Assembly: GCA_977017645.1 (NCBI GenBank)
Contig: OZ360222.1
Location: forward strand, 85,436,001 to 85,500,000
Source of the DNA: Torpedo marmorata
Taxonomy: Eukaryota
DNA length: 64,000 bases
Reading direction: 5' to 3'
The number at the start of each line of letters is the position of its first letter. Positions within the stretch are counted from its first letter, which is position 1. The notes beneath the pieces are model-generated. The model was given only the letters and a program-made list of their open reading frames with translations. It searched no databases and had not been told where the DNA came from. This document shows positions 50,217 through 63,950 of this stretch, piece by piece. Both the position numbers and the translations under genes were made by a program.

Positions 50217-53200
50217 CTAGCCAATAGAACAAAAGGACCGATGAATCATTTTCTTTAACTTTCTCCAAATTTCCTGACCGCAATTCTGTACACAATTGGA
50301 ATTTGCTGGTAGTGAGGTTTATAGGACATTCTACTTAATCACAGTTCATTAAGCTTTTGGTCTGAAATTAATTTTTGAATAATTGTGTTTAAATGATTAG
50401 GGATAGGTTCAAATTTTAAAAATCAAAGCTGCTTGAGCATCAGTACTATAATGTACCTGTACAAAAACATTAAACGTTATTTACCTTAAATGTACAAACA
50501 TTTTGATCAAGTTAGATCCAAAATTCTGAAAAAATCAAAAACAAATCAGTAACTTTACAAAACAATGGTATCATAATATCAAAATAGTTTATTGAAAAAA
50601 CCATGTGGGCAATTTTTGTGCCAATTGTTCAAATATAACTTTGTCAATTTTGTTCCTGTTAACTAATGAACTTTCTAACTTACATCAGTTTCTTTGACTG
50701 CACAAAATGAAAGACAGCAGAGTAAACCTAAATATAGGTTTAAACCATCCATTTCTTAATCTACATACTGTTAATTGCTTGCAAAAGCTTATCTAATGCT
50801 ATGGTGGTAAGAAATTGCTTCCCATTTCATACTGTACAAACACATTAACAGTGACACTATTAAATATTTGTCACTTTTCAAATATTATAGTAATATTTAA
50901 CTGATCAAAGGTTATTGGTTAAAACTTTGTATACAGTAATGAGAAGTAATAATCAAAGTAAATTCTGTTAAACAAAATTGATTGAGGTTCAGATACCAAG
51001 AATGTGGGAATTCCTTCATAGCTTCAAAAATAACATTAGAAATTAATCAGTGACAAAGCAAAAAAAATCAAGCGTAAGCGTGGGAAAGGAAGGGAATGTA
51101 TTTTCTTTTATGTCAGAACTCCCAGTTTCCCCAGATCAAAAATACAACTCATGTTTGTATCTTTTCTCACATAAAGCCAACATAGGTGTGATCCATGCCT
51201 AGTTAACCAACTCAGACATCATCCCGTGCAAATTGCATGTGCTAGACCTATTGAATGTAGGATTTAGGTTTTTAAACCAAAAAACAGAAAAATAACATTT
51301 TGTAATGCTAGAATTGCCCTATGTGAAACTTTTACATCAATTGAACAACACTCATCTCCACAATGGCATGACTGCTTGCCAAAGACTGCATGCAGACATT
51401 TTGGAATTGCTCCCAACCCTTTTGACTCACCTGTATAAACATCCACATATTGCACAACATCACAGCTGTTGATGACCATCTTTACAGAAACAAGCTTTAG
51501 CTAAGCAACTTCCAACCTGCATATATTTTAAAATTTCAAGATTTAAAAAAAAAAACAGCCTGCTTACCTCTCGAAAGATTTGATATTTAGCCTTGCAATT
51601 TTCTAGTCCCTTGAATGTGTTGTTCATAATTAATATAAAACTGGAACAAAATATAATACTTAGCATAATAGGGTTATCAGAATGTTGTCCTCCTGGTTAA
51701 TCTACATCAAATGCAAGCTAATGACTGTCGAAAATTTAGACATTTAGAACAACTAAGCATGCTTTCAGACTTGCAATCTCAAATTTGTTAGTTTCTAACT
51801 TTACAGATCTCAACAATGTCCCCAAAATAGATGTGTAGATTGCATCCATGGCCTAAAAATCCTTTATTAGTTATTTTAAAACTCCTCAAATACATTTCAT
51901 AAATTATGGTCGTAACAAATGTGTCGCCAAATTACATATTTATTTTTAAAATGTATCAGCGCTGGATATATGGAATGTGGGGTGGAGATGACAGACTTGT
52001 GTTAGATGTATTTAAACATGGATGACTTCTAATTATTGTCTTGATGGGCAAATTTAAATGAATGCATAGCCTTTAAGATCATAATCAACAGTAAGAAAAT
52101 ATTTTTAACAGTTATTTTCCTTGTGAATAAGATGGCGTGGTCACCTGAAGTGAGGAAAATGTTCTTCTACAGATTCAGACAACATGTTTGTGTTAATTTA
52201 ACTGCTTATTAAGCTTTAATTACAGCAAAGACAGTTGTTATTGAGCCTTGTAGTTAAGAGCAGGGTTAAGAATGGAAAGGGGAAGAATGGAGACTAGTTC
52301 AAGTGGATGTTGTTGATTCTAAATTGATTAATAAGACTGCATGGAAAGAGAGCACTCTTAAAAGAATAATGTTATGTTTCTAAAAGGTTCATTTTCAATT
52401 TCTGAAAATATATTAAAATATTAAAGCACACCTGATTCTAAACATTACAATATTATAAAAGTATGATTATACACATGCTTATTAACTACGTTTTATTTAT
52501 CCAATAATTCTCAAGCCCTTTCCTTCTCTTGCAACAATAATTAACCAGCTCCTGAAACTGAATCTTTGGAGGCGAGTTGTCTGTTTAGTTTTCCTCTGAA
52601 CCCAGTACATAATAGTCTGCCCACCTGCAACAGTGCAAGGTATCTCATCAACTATACAAGGAATTCTCTTTCTGCACGAGGGGAAAATGCTTGAATAATC
52701 ACAGATGTTTGACTTTAAAACTTTATAGCTATTCCTAGATATAATATTTAATTATTCGGGGTTTTTTGCTGAAATGTGCAGGATCTATGTACTTATAGAC
52801 ATTATAAATAAACGTTATTTATTTATAATTGATATAATGAAAGCACCTGAGGCAATTCAAGTTTATCGGGAGAAAAAAAAAGTTGTCAAGAACAACGCTC
52901 ATTTGAATTATTCCTGGAGAAACATATTGCTACTTCAAAATATTTCCAAGTGGCAATTTTCCTAAAGTTTTAATGGAGATGTTCAGCAGTTGGAAAGCCG
53001 CAAAACATGTTTCTCCGCATGTTACAGTTAGTTAGGACTTTGTGTATTTGCACAATTCTCAGATTATTTCATTGCTTTTGAAAGGGGATCTTTATCCAGA
53101 GATCGGAAAACAAATCATTTGCAGTTTCTATAATGCTCCATTTTATAATTTGTTTAAAGTGCACGTACCAACAATGGACGATATCTTTTTGTGGGGGCGG

Positions 53201-54832
53201 GGGGGGGGGGAGAGGTTGACTCTGTTGGGCAGGACGGCGTTCAATGTGATATATCGCGATTTTCATTCGGATTTCATCGCAGGTTTTTTTTTTAAACTGA
53301 GGCAGCGCTGAACCCTCGCAAGACGAAGCTGCACCTGCCTGTTAGACACAGCGCACCTGTCTGCCAGTGCCCATGCGCAGTGTATGACTAATGCCAACAT
53401 CATTCAGCACCTTTCACCATCCTGAACCTTCGCCTCTTAAAACAAATCTTCCTTCATGTGCTTATTGGTTCACTTTCAGCCGGGCCTGGCGTTTTATTTT
53501 GTGGTTTGGCGGGGGTGGGGTGGGGTGGTAGTTGGGGTGCCTTCAGGAAAAGAACATTAACAAGGCGATCTTTGCGTCGCTGCGCCTGTGTTACAGGCAT
53601 CCAACAGCTGGCTGGGTAAACATCAATTTCAGGGACAATGTATAAGACACGTGGGGATGCCAACGACTTTGAATTGTCTGTAAACAACTGAAGACATTTC
53701 TAAAAAGGTCACAGAAACAGGAGAACACATCCAGATCGCCGCCAAGCTCAAACTAAAGAAGGCAACGCGCAAATAATTAAAGGCAGCACGAGAATCAAGC
53801 GTTTGTGTTATCTTCAACAAACTACTAAACGACGTTTCCAACATTCGCGATGTTGCAAAAAGTTGATTTCACTTTCCTGGTAAGGCCAATTGTCTTTTTT
53901 CCCTCTCCAAAGACTCTAAAACCTATTTGCATTAAAATGCATCTTTTCCGCAAATATTATCATTACAACTGCTCAAATGCAGCTTGCTGATAAATTTTGT
54001 TTATTGTTAATCAATCCTTGTCAATGCAAATTCGACCATTCGATCTGACAGCGCTCCTCCACGTTAAGTACGATCAGGAGCGGGGTCGGAGTTTCACGCG
54101 TTATTGCTGTGAACGCAAGACTAATTCCCGAGAGATTCAGCGCGTATTCAAAGAAATGCAAGTGAGTGTGAGTACAAGGGGAAGGGAAGGGAGGGGGACA
54201 CGAGAGAGAATGTTGACAAAGGACACCTTGTGACGACAACTTCTTTGTCCATATCTGACCATCAGTACAGCCGCTCTGTGTGTGGGGGTGGGGGTGGGAG
54301 AGCTGGGGGGAAAGAGAGAAGCAAAGAGTACACAACCAACATGATGACCCACCATACACTTTAAAACACCCTTCATTTAATCACTGTTTGCATTAAAGTT
54401 AAGAAAACACGAACGCGAGTACAATGCAAGACGAATCCTATGGCACATTTATTATCTAAATTATATCCCAAAAGATAGCAAACCGAAACTAACACATCTA
54501 CACTAGATCCAAAAAAAGTGTCCATGCCAAATCAAAAACAAATCCGTTGCATGACGAGACACGAAATACCTAGGATACAATATCTGACAAAAGACAAAGA
54601 GGCAGCAGAAGATGGGACAAAAGAGTACAATGCAATATTTGGAAAACAAGCAGTATATTGTGTACAAAACAAAAATGGATTGGAAATATTGCTCTTCTCT
54701 CTCTCTCTCTTTCCAAATACATATGGAATTTTAAAAGGAAACCCTTTGAAAGGTATGGGATCCAGCAGCAAGCGAGCGTTTAAAGTTTCTGAAGGACGGA
54801 GAAAAAGGTAAGCAAAGAACAAGGTTACTTAC

Positions 54833-55040
54833 TGTGTTGTATTGGTGACCAGCGAAGAGAAAAGCTTGCTGCTTGCAGGAGGGAGGGAGAGACAGAGGGA
54901 GAGGGGAGAGATGGTGAGGGCTGTATACCTCCAGGAGGCTGGGCTTCGCGCCGCGTTCCTCTCTCTGATTGTTAATTCTGCGCGAGCCGCTGAAGATACA
55001 CTTCAAGACGCGAGGAAGGAAACAGGAAGAACACGCGTCA
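54833..55040 (-). other. PROX1: Putative non-coding exon 1 of PROX1 (TSS approximate)
   Basis: Strong donor ACA|GTAAGT at 54832-54827 just downstream of the CpG-rich CCAAT promoter, with a pyrimidine-rich start region (TTCTTCCTGTTTCCTTCC). The TSS cannot be fixed from sequence alone. Confidence 0.6.
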
Positions 55041-55200
55041 TAGTCTTTGTGACATCACCCCCACCGGACCAATCGCGACTGCCATCGCTGCGGTCCAATA
55101 AGACAAGGCTTGGCGGTTGGCTTCAAAATGTTGCCTTCCAACCAATCGGCGCGAGGTCTGGGTAAATGCGTCACGTGCTCCAGGGTTGAGGTTATTTTTC
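55030..55200 (-). promoter_or_regulatory. PROX1: PROX1 proximal promoter (CCAAT x3, CRE-like, E-box)
   Basis: CCAAT at 55069-55073, 55095-55099 and 55142-55146. TGACATCA at 55050-55057. TGCGTCACGTG (half-CRE plus CACGTG) at 55167-55177. Dense CpGs. Confidence 0.7.
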
Positions 55201-58200
55201 TACCCCCACCCCCTTTCTCGTCTTCTTCAGTAATTGCCAACTTTGACTGGAGCCGCTCAGCTGCATATTACAATAAACTGATTTATTTCTATATAAAGGT
55301 TTTCCATTGTCCTATTTTCCACGGATGCGACTCGTGTTATTTGATTTCAGAAGTAAAGAACACAGGAACGGTTTTACTTACAGCAAAATGTAGTGCATGT
55401 TTGAAAGAAAGAACTGCTCACTACTATTAAAGCAGAGCAATAAAACAAAATCTATTTGTCTGTTGACAATAGGCATTAGGGAGGATTGATGACGGACAAA
55501 CCAGTGTAGCGATGGAAAAAGGATGCACAATCAATATTCGGACCGCATCCGGACTCTGGGGGAACCGTAATCTCCGGTAGGGAAAACTGAAAGTGAAGAT
55601 AAACAAAGTGCTCGAAGGGGTTAACGTCGATTATATAGGTTCAATTTAGGTTATGTAACTTTTTTCAACCCTTGAAATCTAAATTAGGTGGTTGAAGCTA
55701 CAAGTGATCTTAATGGGGTAGTCACATCGAAAGTGGAAGAATGCAGTGAAAATAACAGAATGGGGAACTTTTTCGCGGTTCACGTAATGAAATCTTTACA
55801 TGCAAAGAGTTGTGGATTTACAATGATAAATCCCAGTTAAACCAATGGTAGTCCTGGTAGTTTAATTTCCTTTTTTTTAAAAAAACACCAAGCATACAAA
55901 CGTTTTGATATGTTATTTATCAAAACGCCATGGCAATTTCCTAATCGTGAGTTCTTGATTCTTTTATTATGCATAGTGACAGTTACTGGTCCATAAGTTA
56001 CTTACTGCCTTTATTATATATTAGCTATTGCTATGTTTAAATCACGGATTTGTTATTCCCAGTGTAATTTGATAACATTAACCGTTGCGAATATAAACTG
56101 TGATGTATCTTCTAACAACAAATCGTTTCGACCATATGATACCTATTCGGCGGATGAATTCAATGCAGTGATGAACAGATAAGAAATGGAAATATTCATT
56201 GCTTAATCAAGTCCGGTGAATTATACATCACGTTATTTATTTGAATTTATAGTAAAATCCTGGGCATACTGTTTAATCACAAGATATTGTGCTGAAATTG
56301 ACGTAGAGCCTCGTGTTTATTTTGTTTAAAGACGCTCCAGATTTATAAAACAACCAAAATCAATACTTAACGCTGTTGAGTGTTCAGACTAAGAAATATA
56401 TTGAACTCCAACCTTTCTATACATAAGTGGGACGAAATGTTATGCCACTTCCCAATCGGATTTGTCAGGTCTCAAATTTTAGGACTGACGGTGCGTTTTC
56501 CATCATGACATATGCCGTTGTTAAAAGGAATGGAGCTTTATGTATTCAAACAATTTTCGATGCGCGCCAATCGTATTGTTCCTGCGTTGTGACTACTGCG
56601 TTCAACTGTAACGTGTAAGCTGTATCTCCACAGCTAATGACCTCCATTACTGCACAGAAGGAAGCTTCATTCTATCGCCGATCACCTAATGCTGGTAGAA
56701 CAGCAAAATAAATGAAGATGACCAGAATTCCTGATTACTTTTTTTTGAACTCCTGAAAATTAATAACTCAGATGCCAACTAATGAAGTAATAGAAAGTAA
56801 CTTCACCAGACTCCTCTGCTTACTATGGGTTTCTTGTTTGTCAGGTTACCTTCGCAAACCTAAGTTCATAATTTAATGTGCATTAAATGTAAGAAAGCAG
56901 GTGTCAGTTGGAAGTGTGATCCGAACATTTGGCTGCCACGTAAGCGATGCTTCTTCAAATTGAGCTGGTTCCATCTATTCTGTCGTGCCACCCAAAAACA
57001 CTAACTAATCTGATCGAATAACTATTTGCAAAGGGAAAACATTAAATAAAGACAATCTAAAAAATAACATTTGCATGCTTTAAAATAATTGTGATACTGA
57101 ATGGATATTTGTTAATGAAAATGCTGCTCTAATTACTTATAATTGCTGATTTGCGAATAGCATTCATTAAATATAATATTGGGGCGCCTCGACTTATCAG
57201 GTTGAAAGGTGTTTTCCTTCTGTGTTATATGACCATAGAGATCACACTCTTGCAATTTTGTCGATAAGACAAAATCATGAGCGATTAATGTATTTCGGGA
57301 TTATCTTGGAGTACATTAGATGCATTGCTCAAAATTATGATGGAACAGATTTTGATTTCAATTGCAGATTTGAAATCTAGGTAATGGTTACACCTTTTTT
57401 TTTAAACTGTGAAATACAGGATAAAGGCTCAGATAAACTGAGAGGAAATGGCAAATGATATATGGAAATCTAAAGCATGACCCCCACCCTATCCACGGTT
57501 TAATTTTCAAGCCGAAGATTTAGAAGGGAACAATTTTGAGGTAAAGTAGATGCACCAGTTGCTGAATATTGCTAAGTAAGTAAGGAGCGCGGCTATTGTT
57601 TGCCCTTGGATTTGTTGTAATGAGAAAAGCACTAATCGTGATCATCATTACAGTAGTATGTTAAATATATATTTAAAGAGAAAATTTGCACATTGTAAGT
57701 AGATAACTAACCTCAATGTTGCTTAGTTAACGTGGACCATCCTACAGCATATGCTGTTAAAATGCATTTAGCTGTTGAGTCAAAAACGTTGGGACTCACG
57801 GAATAGTTAACTGAAAACTTTATTTGCGTTAAGAATTCCGCACTCGTGAGATAGTTTCGCAGTTAACCATCAGCGATAAAGTAAACATCCAAACATTGTC
57901 ATAGTCGGCTACTCTCAGTTTTCTGCTTCTGTATTCTATCTGCCTTCCTTTATAATTGTAAAATATATTTGTATTCCGTATTTCCACCCTAGATTTTAGT
58001 TAATAATCTCACTGGTGGCTTTAAAAAGACATACTCTGCATGTCACAGACCCTGCTTTTAGTTTATTTCCTCACGGTAGTTGATTTAAAATGAACCCGCA
58101 AACTTAAGTAGATTTTCATTTTCGGAGTGTCATACTGCATCTCAACTTGTAATAATTTCTGAAGTGACCAGTTGAGCTCGAGATGTTGAACAGCTCCCAC

Positions 58201-59819
58201 GTTGTGTGTGCATTTCACGTTGTGTTGGCCAGATTTAAGGTTATTTTGCAGAATAATCAAAACAGAAACACCATGACAGGAAATATTCATCACAGGGGGG
58301 CAACGCAGACCAAGGTGTCGGTATTGTACAATTATGCGTTGTGTGTTCTTGCTTTGCAGGCATCTTTATGGTTAGTAACCTGTGGCTAAAAATACAAACC
58401 CTTTATTGCAGATCCAATTCACACTCAGTTACCTGAGTGCAACGCCATCAGTTACTGCCTCTTGTGTTTGTTTTTTTTTGTACAGCAGCCTCGTAAAACC
58501 AGAAAGGTATTTACTTTAGCTACCAGTGATGCATTTAAGGAAAATGTGTATTCGTAATTGTTGCAGATTTGAGATGCCACGCATTTCATTAAAATTAACT
58601 TTACTCAAACAAGTTAATATTTTTTTTTATTTTTGAATGTTTCCCAGTAAATATCTCACTCACCGACATTCTTATTATTCAATTAGCCGGTCCTGGCCAC
58701 ACTTCTCAAAGTGTCATTCAAAGTGACTACGATGTCTGAATAAATTAATGGAAGTGTCACTGGTGAAGCAGAAAGGGTTTTTTTTCTGAACAGTTTTCTG
58801 GGGAACGGTTTTATTTCATAGTTACCGAGAACATTACGGATCATGCTTCTCCAATGGGTTCATTGCCACAATTCTCCAAAAATTATATCCGTAAGACGAA
58901 CGAGAGCAAAATTCCTATTGGACACTCTCACCATGTGTCTAGGTTTGGAAATGGATGAAAAAGATAAGAGAGAGCCCCTAACGGTAAGTTAGTAACACTA
59001 AAGGATTTTTTTTTGTTTCAACTTATTTATAAGGGGATATGTATTCTAATGCATTTTCGAAGCTGATGTAGAAGGAATGCATCAAAAATATTGGGTCAGC
59101 ATTTTTAAACAAAGAATAGTTTTACCCACTCTATATTTTTTTTATTAATGTATTACATTCTTGGCCCCCACTTATTCTGTGTATGGGAATTTTTATCAGC
59201 ATCTGCAGAGGGAATGTTGCACCGATTCCTGACTTCGCTGGCAACCACCTTGCGCGCCCCACCCCTCACCCCCCACCCGCACAGACACCACCCATTTCAG
59301 TGGGGTCCTGCTCCCACCATCGTGTGACCTATGTCATAAACAGTGAAGAGTTGTTCTGCTGATGTTGAGATGAGTTCAAATTGATAAGGCATCAAATAAA
59401 GCAGTCCTTGTCACATGCCTAAGCAACACCAATCTTAATAGCTTTCTTACACTCCTTCAAAATCATTGTTTCATAAATGATTCTTCTGTCTAATGTTTGG
59501 CTTGTCTGTAACCTTGTAACTTGGATTTCAGCAGTCTTCTTTGATTGTCTAATTTTCAGTGCTGAAGGGCTGAACAAAGATAGCAATCCATGTTTTATGT
59601 ATTTTCAACTTGATTTTTAGAATTGTGTTAGTTATGTTCCATTTGCAAATGCTGCAGTGTTTTACTTGTTACATTGCATAGCTGATATTATTGATGTTCG
59701 GGTTTGGACACTGTACCTTTGGATGTCTATATAGGCCTTTGGAGTAATGGTAGCATTGATTCACCAGATCAACACCTGGGCTTAGTTAAATCGTGTTAGT
59801 TGTATAAAATTGAGCACAG

Positions 59820-59940
59820 AACTGTGGGAGTAGTGCATAACTGGAGGTGCTGTCTATTCACTGACATAAGGCTATGACTCTCTTTGGCCTCTTACTGGAC
59901 ATAGAAGAGATCATTTCAAATAAGAATAGAGGGAACAGAG
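59820..59940 (+). mobile_element. Possible ancient Deu-domain SINE remnant within CR1 debris
   Basis: GGGAGTAGTGCA..GGAGGTGCTGTCT...GGACATAGAAGA...ATTTCAAATAAGA resembles the Deu core as I recall it. Very diverged. Confidence 0.35.
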
Positions 59941-62399
59941 TGAATGGATCACATGGAATGCCCACCATTGATTGCAAAATGATCTGGAGAATAGTAAAAT
60001 TGCAGAAGCCTTTGTTTTTCATTCTTTTAACTGTAAAGGATCAGGGGTGGTATATGTATGCTGTTTAAAGGGATTTATAAAGAGTGATACGGAGAAATAA
60101 TTTCTACTGGTAGGGGTGCACCTTACAATTATTGCCAGACCATTAAAAACTTGTACTTTATCATGTTAAACATGGTAGAAATCTGGAATTCTCTCATGAT
60201 AGGTTGTGCATGTTGGGGAAACAAATCAGCTTTCAAGCCTACATGTTTGTTAAGTAGAGGAACAAAAACAAAGAAGTGGAAATGAATTTTTAATCAACCA
60301 CTGTTTAATTGTGCAATGCACCATATTTCAATGTTCCTATTTTATCCATTTACTTTATTTCCTTATTATTCATTCTGGAAATAAATTTGATTGTACTTCA
60401 TTTTATTAGAGGATAGGAGGCTATGGAAAGGTTGATAGAAGAATTTAAATTTACATAGTATTAGTGTTGTTCCAATATCAATGAGGGAGAACTTTATTTT
60501 GGAAACAAGTGGTTAAGATTTAGAATGCACTGACCAAGAGGGCCATGGAAACAGATTCAATAATAGCCTTCAAAAGTGAACTGGTAAATGCTTGAACCAG
60601 AAAGGGATATGGTATAACAAAAGGAAACTAGAAACAACTGGATCGCTCTTTGAAAAAGCTGATGCAGACTTGCTGAAATGAATGGCCTTCTTCTGTTTTG
60701 TACCAGTCTATATTTCAATGGTATTTTTCATTCTGTGGCTCTTTTCCTTTGTGCTGCAGACATGTTTTAAACTCAAACTGATTGTTGTACAATGAGGTCC
60801 ATTTAGGGAATACTTTGATTATACTGCCTCATGTGATTTTCATTCCCTCTGCACAGGAAACTCTGCACAAGTTCTAACCATGCATAGGTAAAACTCTTCA
60901 TCAAGTAATCAAAATATAAATAAAGATAACAGACAATCCTTAAACTGCTATCATCTATGATAGATCAACCAATCTAAATAATGTTGACAACATTCAATAA
61001 ACTCTCGGGATATTAGCAAGGGACTCCTACATATTCCATCCAATGTTAAACCAATGAGTTTAGATTAGACTCATTGCACCTCTCCCCATGGTCAGCACCA
61101 ACTCTGCAAGACAGAAATTCCAAAGTGTATCTGGAGTAACTGGATGATTTACTTCCATCACTTAATGCCAGACCGCTATCTTAACTGCAGCTACTCACCT
61201 TCTTTTCATAATCCTTTATATCCTTGCCCAATAACGTCCATTGACCTCCAATATGAAATATGCAATTCATCTCACCTCAAGCTTTTATTTTGATCGACAC
61301 ATTTCCAGGTTTCCAAATCATATTTTAGTGAAGAGTTGAATCCTGACATTGTGCCTTAATGATATGGATTTAATAATGGCTTAAATATTCATATCTTAAA
61401 AATCTTCAGAGCAGTGCTGAAAAACTTGGGAATATTTTATCAGTTTATGCCAAGAAATTGCCTTTTGTATATTCATTGTACAACATGTGAAGTTGAAGAA
61501 ATTTGGTTTCAAAATAAATACTATTTGTTTCTCAAGATGGTATTCTGAACAATTTATTTGAATATAGCCACATTTCTGGCAGCTTTGGCCCATTTTTAGA
61601 TTTTTATAAATAATATCAACATTATAATGGAAACACATTTTGAATTATACAACAATTAAGTAATTTCTTGTGTCTTTAAATTGGAAAATTCTTACAGAGA
61701 CACAAAATACTTGTTTAATTTTCATTTAACTATTACTACATTTAGCTTGAATATTTGAAGAAATACTTAAACATGTCCTACTTTGAACACAAATGGATCA
61801 ATTGAATGTTATTGAAATAACCATAAAGGCTCCTTTATTAATATTTTCACATTATAATTTTAGAAAAGAATCAGGCTCTGAAAGAGCAAATCCAATTTTT
61901 TGGAATGTGGTCAAGATCCTCAGGTCTGGGTGATCTTTGGAAGCTCATTCTGGATTGGATAACAATGAAACAATTGCTCTCGTTGTTTCCTTTACTTCAA
62001 AACAATAGTATTTATAGTTTTGTAAGACATACTATTTCGAAGGATTTCAATTAAAAATCCCAGTTGTGTCCGTGAAATGTGCTGCGGAACAAATAGATTA
62101 AATAATGGAATCCAGTTAACTCCGCTAACGTGTCACTGATTGAACAAGTATACTGTGCATAGAAGCGCTAAAGGGGAAAAATAAATTCAATCTTCAATTC
62201 GTCACGCAAATTCGTTGATAATTTAGGGGATTGTTAATTTTCTTCTCTAACAGATAGATTTTTTTCTTCCCCATTTTCATTCTTTAAACTCTCCCTTTCT
62301 TCACTTCTTCAAATAAACTATACTTTTCAGAATGTTATTCTTTCAACGTGAGTTTTTCTGTGTGCATAACTTCTCCACTTAGATTTTCCTGTTGATTTA

Positions 62400-62730
62400 G
62401 AATTTGCCAAAGTAAAAAGGCGATTGGAACAGTTTCCAATTTGATTGTAAACAACAACCCTCTTTGAGGTCACTACGGCCAATAACCATTATTTTATAAT
62501 CATTTTTAGCGCTAGCCTCTTTCCAAAACAGGTGTCTCCATCCTTGGCACTTATTTTTGAAACGCGACGAATAATCGCGCATCCAGCCCAGAGGCGTAAT
62601 TCTGAATAAATGGAAAAACACGCCAAAACATTACAGGAACAATTGCTAAGAAAAGGAAGGCGCTGATGAGGTGTAGAGGAAACCTGTTTATTAACATTGG
62701 ACACCTCTTATCACTAACTGCACACAGGAC
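62400..62730. promoter_or_regulatory. Candidate upstream enhancer (FOX/NFAT/GATA/ETS/SOX/NR motifs)
   Basis: TTTCC 62433, TGTAAACA 62446-62453, AGGTCA 62467-62472, CAGGAACAAT ~62634-62643, AGGAAG 62654, GGAAA-cc-TGTTTA 62678-62690, CTTATCA 62707-62713. CpG-retaining and repeat-free. Confidence 0.45.
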
Positions 62731-63499
62731 GTTCCAGATGGATCACCCGTACAATAATTCATATTTCTGTAACAATATTGTGTAGTGCCACCCGTTAATG
62801 TGGATTTCAAACTACTAGCAGCACGATTCTGAGGTTACAGATTACGTTTGTTGTTTCCCCGTGCTGCAATCTGAAAGACATCGTGATTTTATTTGAAAGT
62901 CCGGAGGGATTCGGAAAACACGTGCTGCTTTTATTTGGAACGAGTTATCAAAAACAATTTGGATTCCGACGTCCTGCAGCATCTTTTTCTGCCAAAATGC
63001 GAATCGGACAATTGGATACAATTTTTAGTGGCAAGACATCCTTATTTCCCCGTTAATGCACAGCGTTAGATCCATGAGTTGCTTTAATTTATTTAATTCT
63101 GCGTTCTAAATTAATGGCGTGATTGTTCTCTGCAGGCCCGTAAATAGCTTTGTGAAATCTTTGGATGTTGGTACCTTGAAATTTTTATTTAAATATCCTG
63201 GTAGCTTTTGAAAATATTGTAAATGAAAAATAATTGAACTGTTTTCTTAGTGAATTTGGTTTAAAAAAAATCGAATTACTTTAATTGTGATCTAGAAAAT
63301 ATCCCTAATAGCAAGGGATACAATCGTATTTGTTCTATTTTCTCTTCAGGAGTCTATTGAGAGGCAGGATGACTTATTTCATTCCAGTTCCGTGGGTTTC
63401 TGAGAAATCTGATGAGGTCAGTGTGCGGGAAGGAATTGCTTGACAGGTTAGGCACACAGGTAGCTTGAGAGATGCTGCACTCTGCCTCAGTTAACATCT

Positions 63500-63950
63500 G
63501 GCTCCGTGTGCTACTGACCAATGGACTCAAGATTCTTCATGCCAGTCTGTATGCCCTGCTCCATTTTGACAGGTGAGGTCATGGGCCATGGCTCCCGATA
63601 AGCCGGGAAGGATGTGACACATTTTTGAAGGAGGCTTTGAGAATCTTTTCCACCATCTACCTGGTAATCTTTTGCCCTGATAGAACTTGGAAAAAGGTGT
63701 CTATTTTGGGATTTGATGTTGTCATGTGAACAGTGTGGCCTGTCCATAGGAGTGAACGGACTATAAGTAAGGCCCCAGTGTTGGGGCTGTTGACCAGGGA
63801 GAGGGCACTGACATTTACTCTCTTATCCAATCCTAGGATTTACAGGATATTGTATAGCTAGTGTTGATGATAGCTCTCAAATATTTTGATGCACCTGCTA
63901 TAAGCAGTTCATTGTCCAGGGGAGCTAGGATTACTGCTGCTTGGTAGACC
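63500..63950 (-). mobile_element. RTE-clade LINE 3' fragment
   Basis: Minus-strand remnants IL.ILGLDK, LLWTGHT, IPK..FSKF...KRLPGRW.KRF, typical of the RTE ORF C-terminus. Confidence 0.6.

Noticed and set aside
48314-50258. Plus-strand ORFs overlapping exon 2
   Set aside because: Antisense shadows of the coding exon with no recognisable domains.
52890-52930. Alternative first exon resembling a mammalian PROX1 5' exon
   Set aside because: Only short matches to a recalled sequence and no convincing donor, so support is insufficient.
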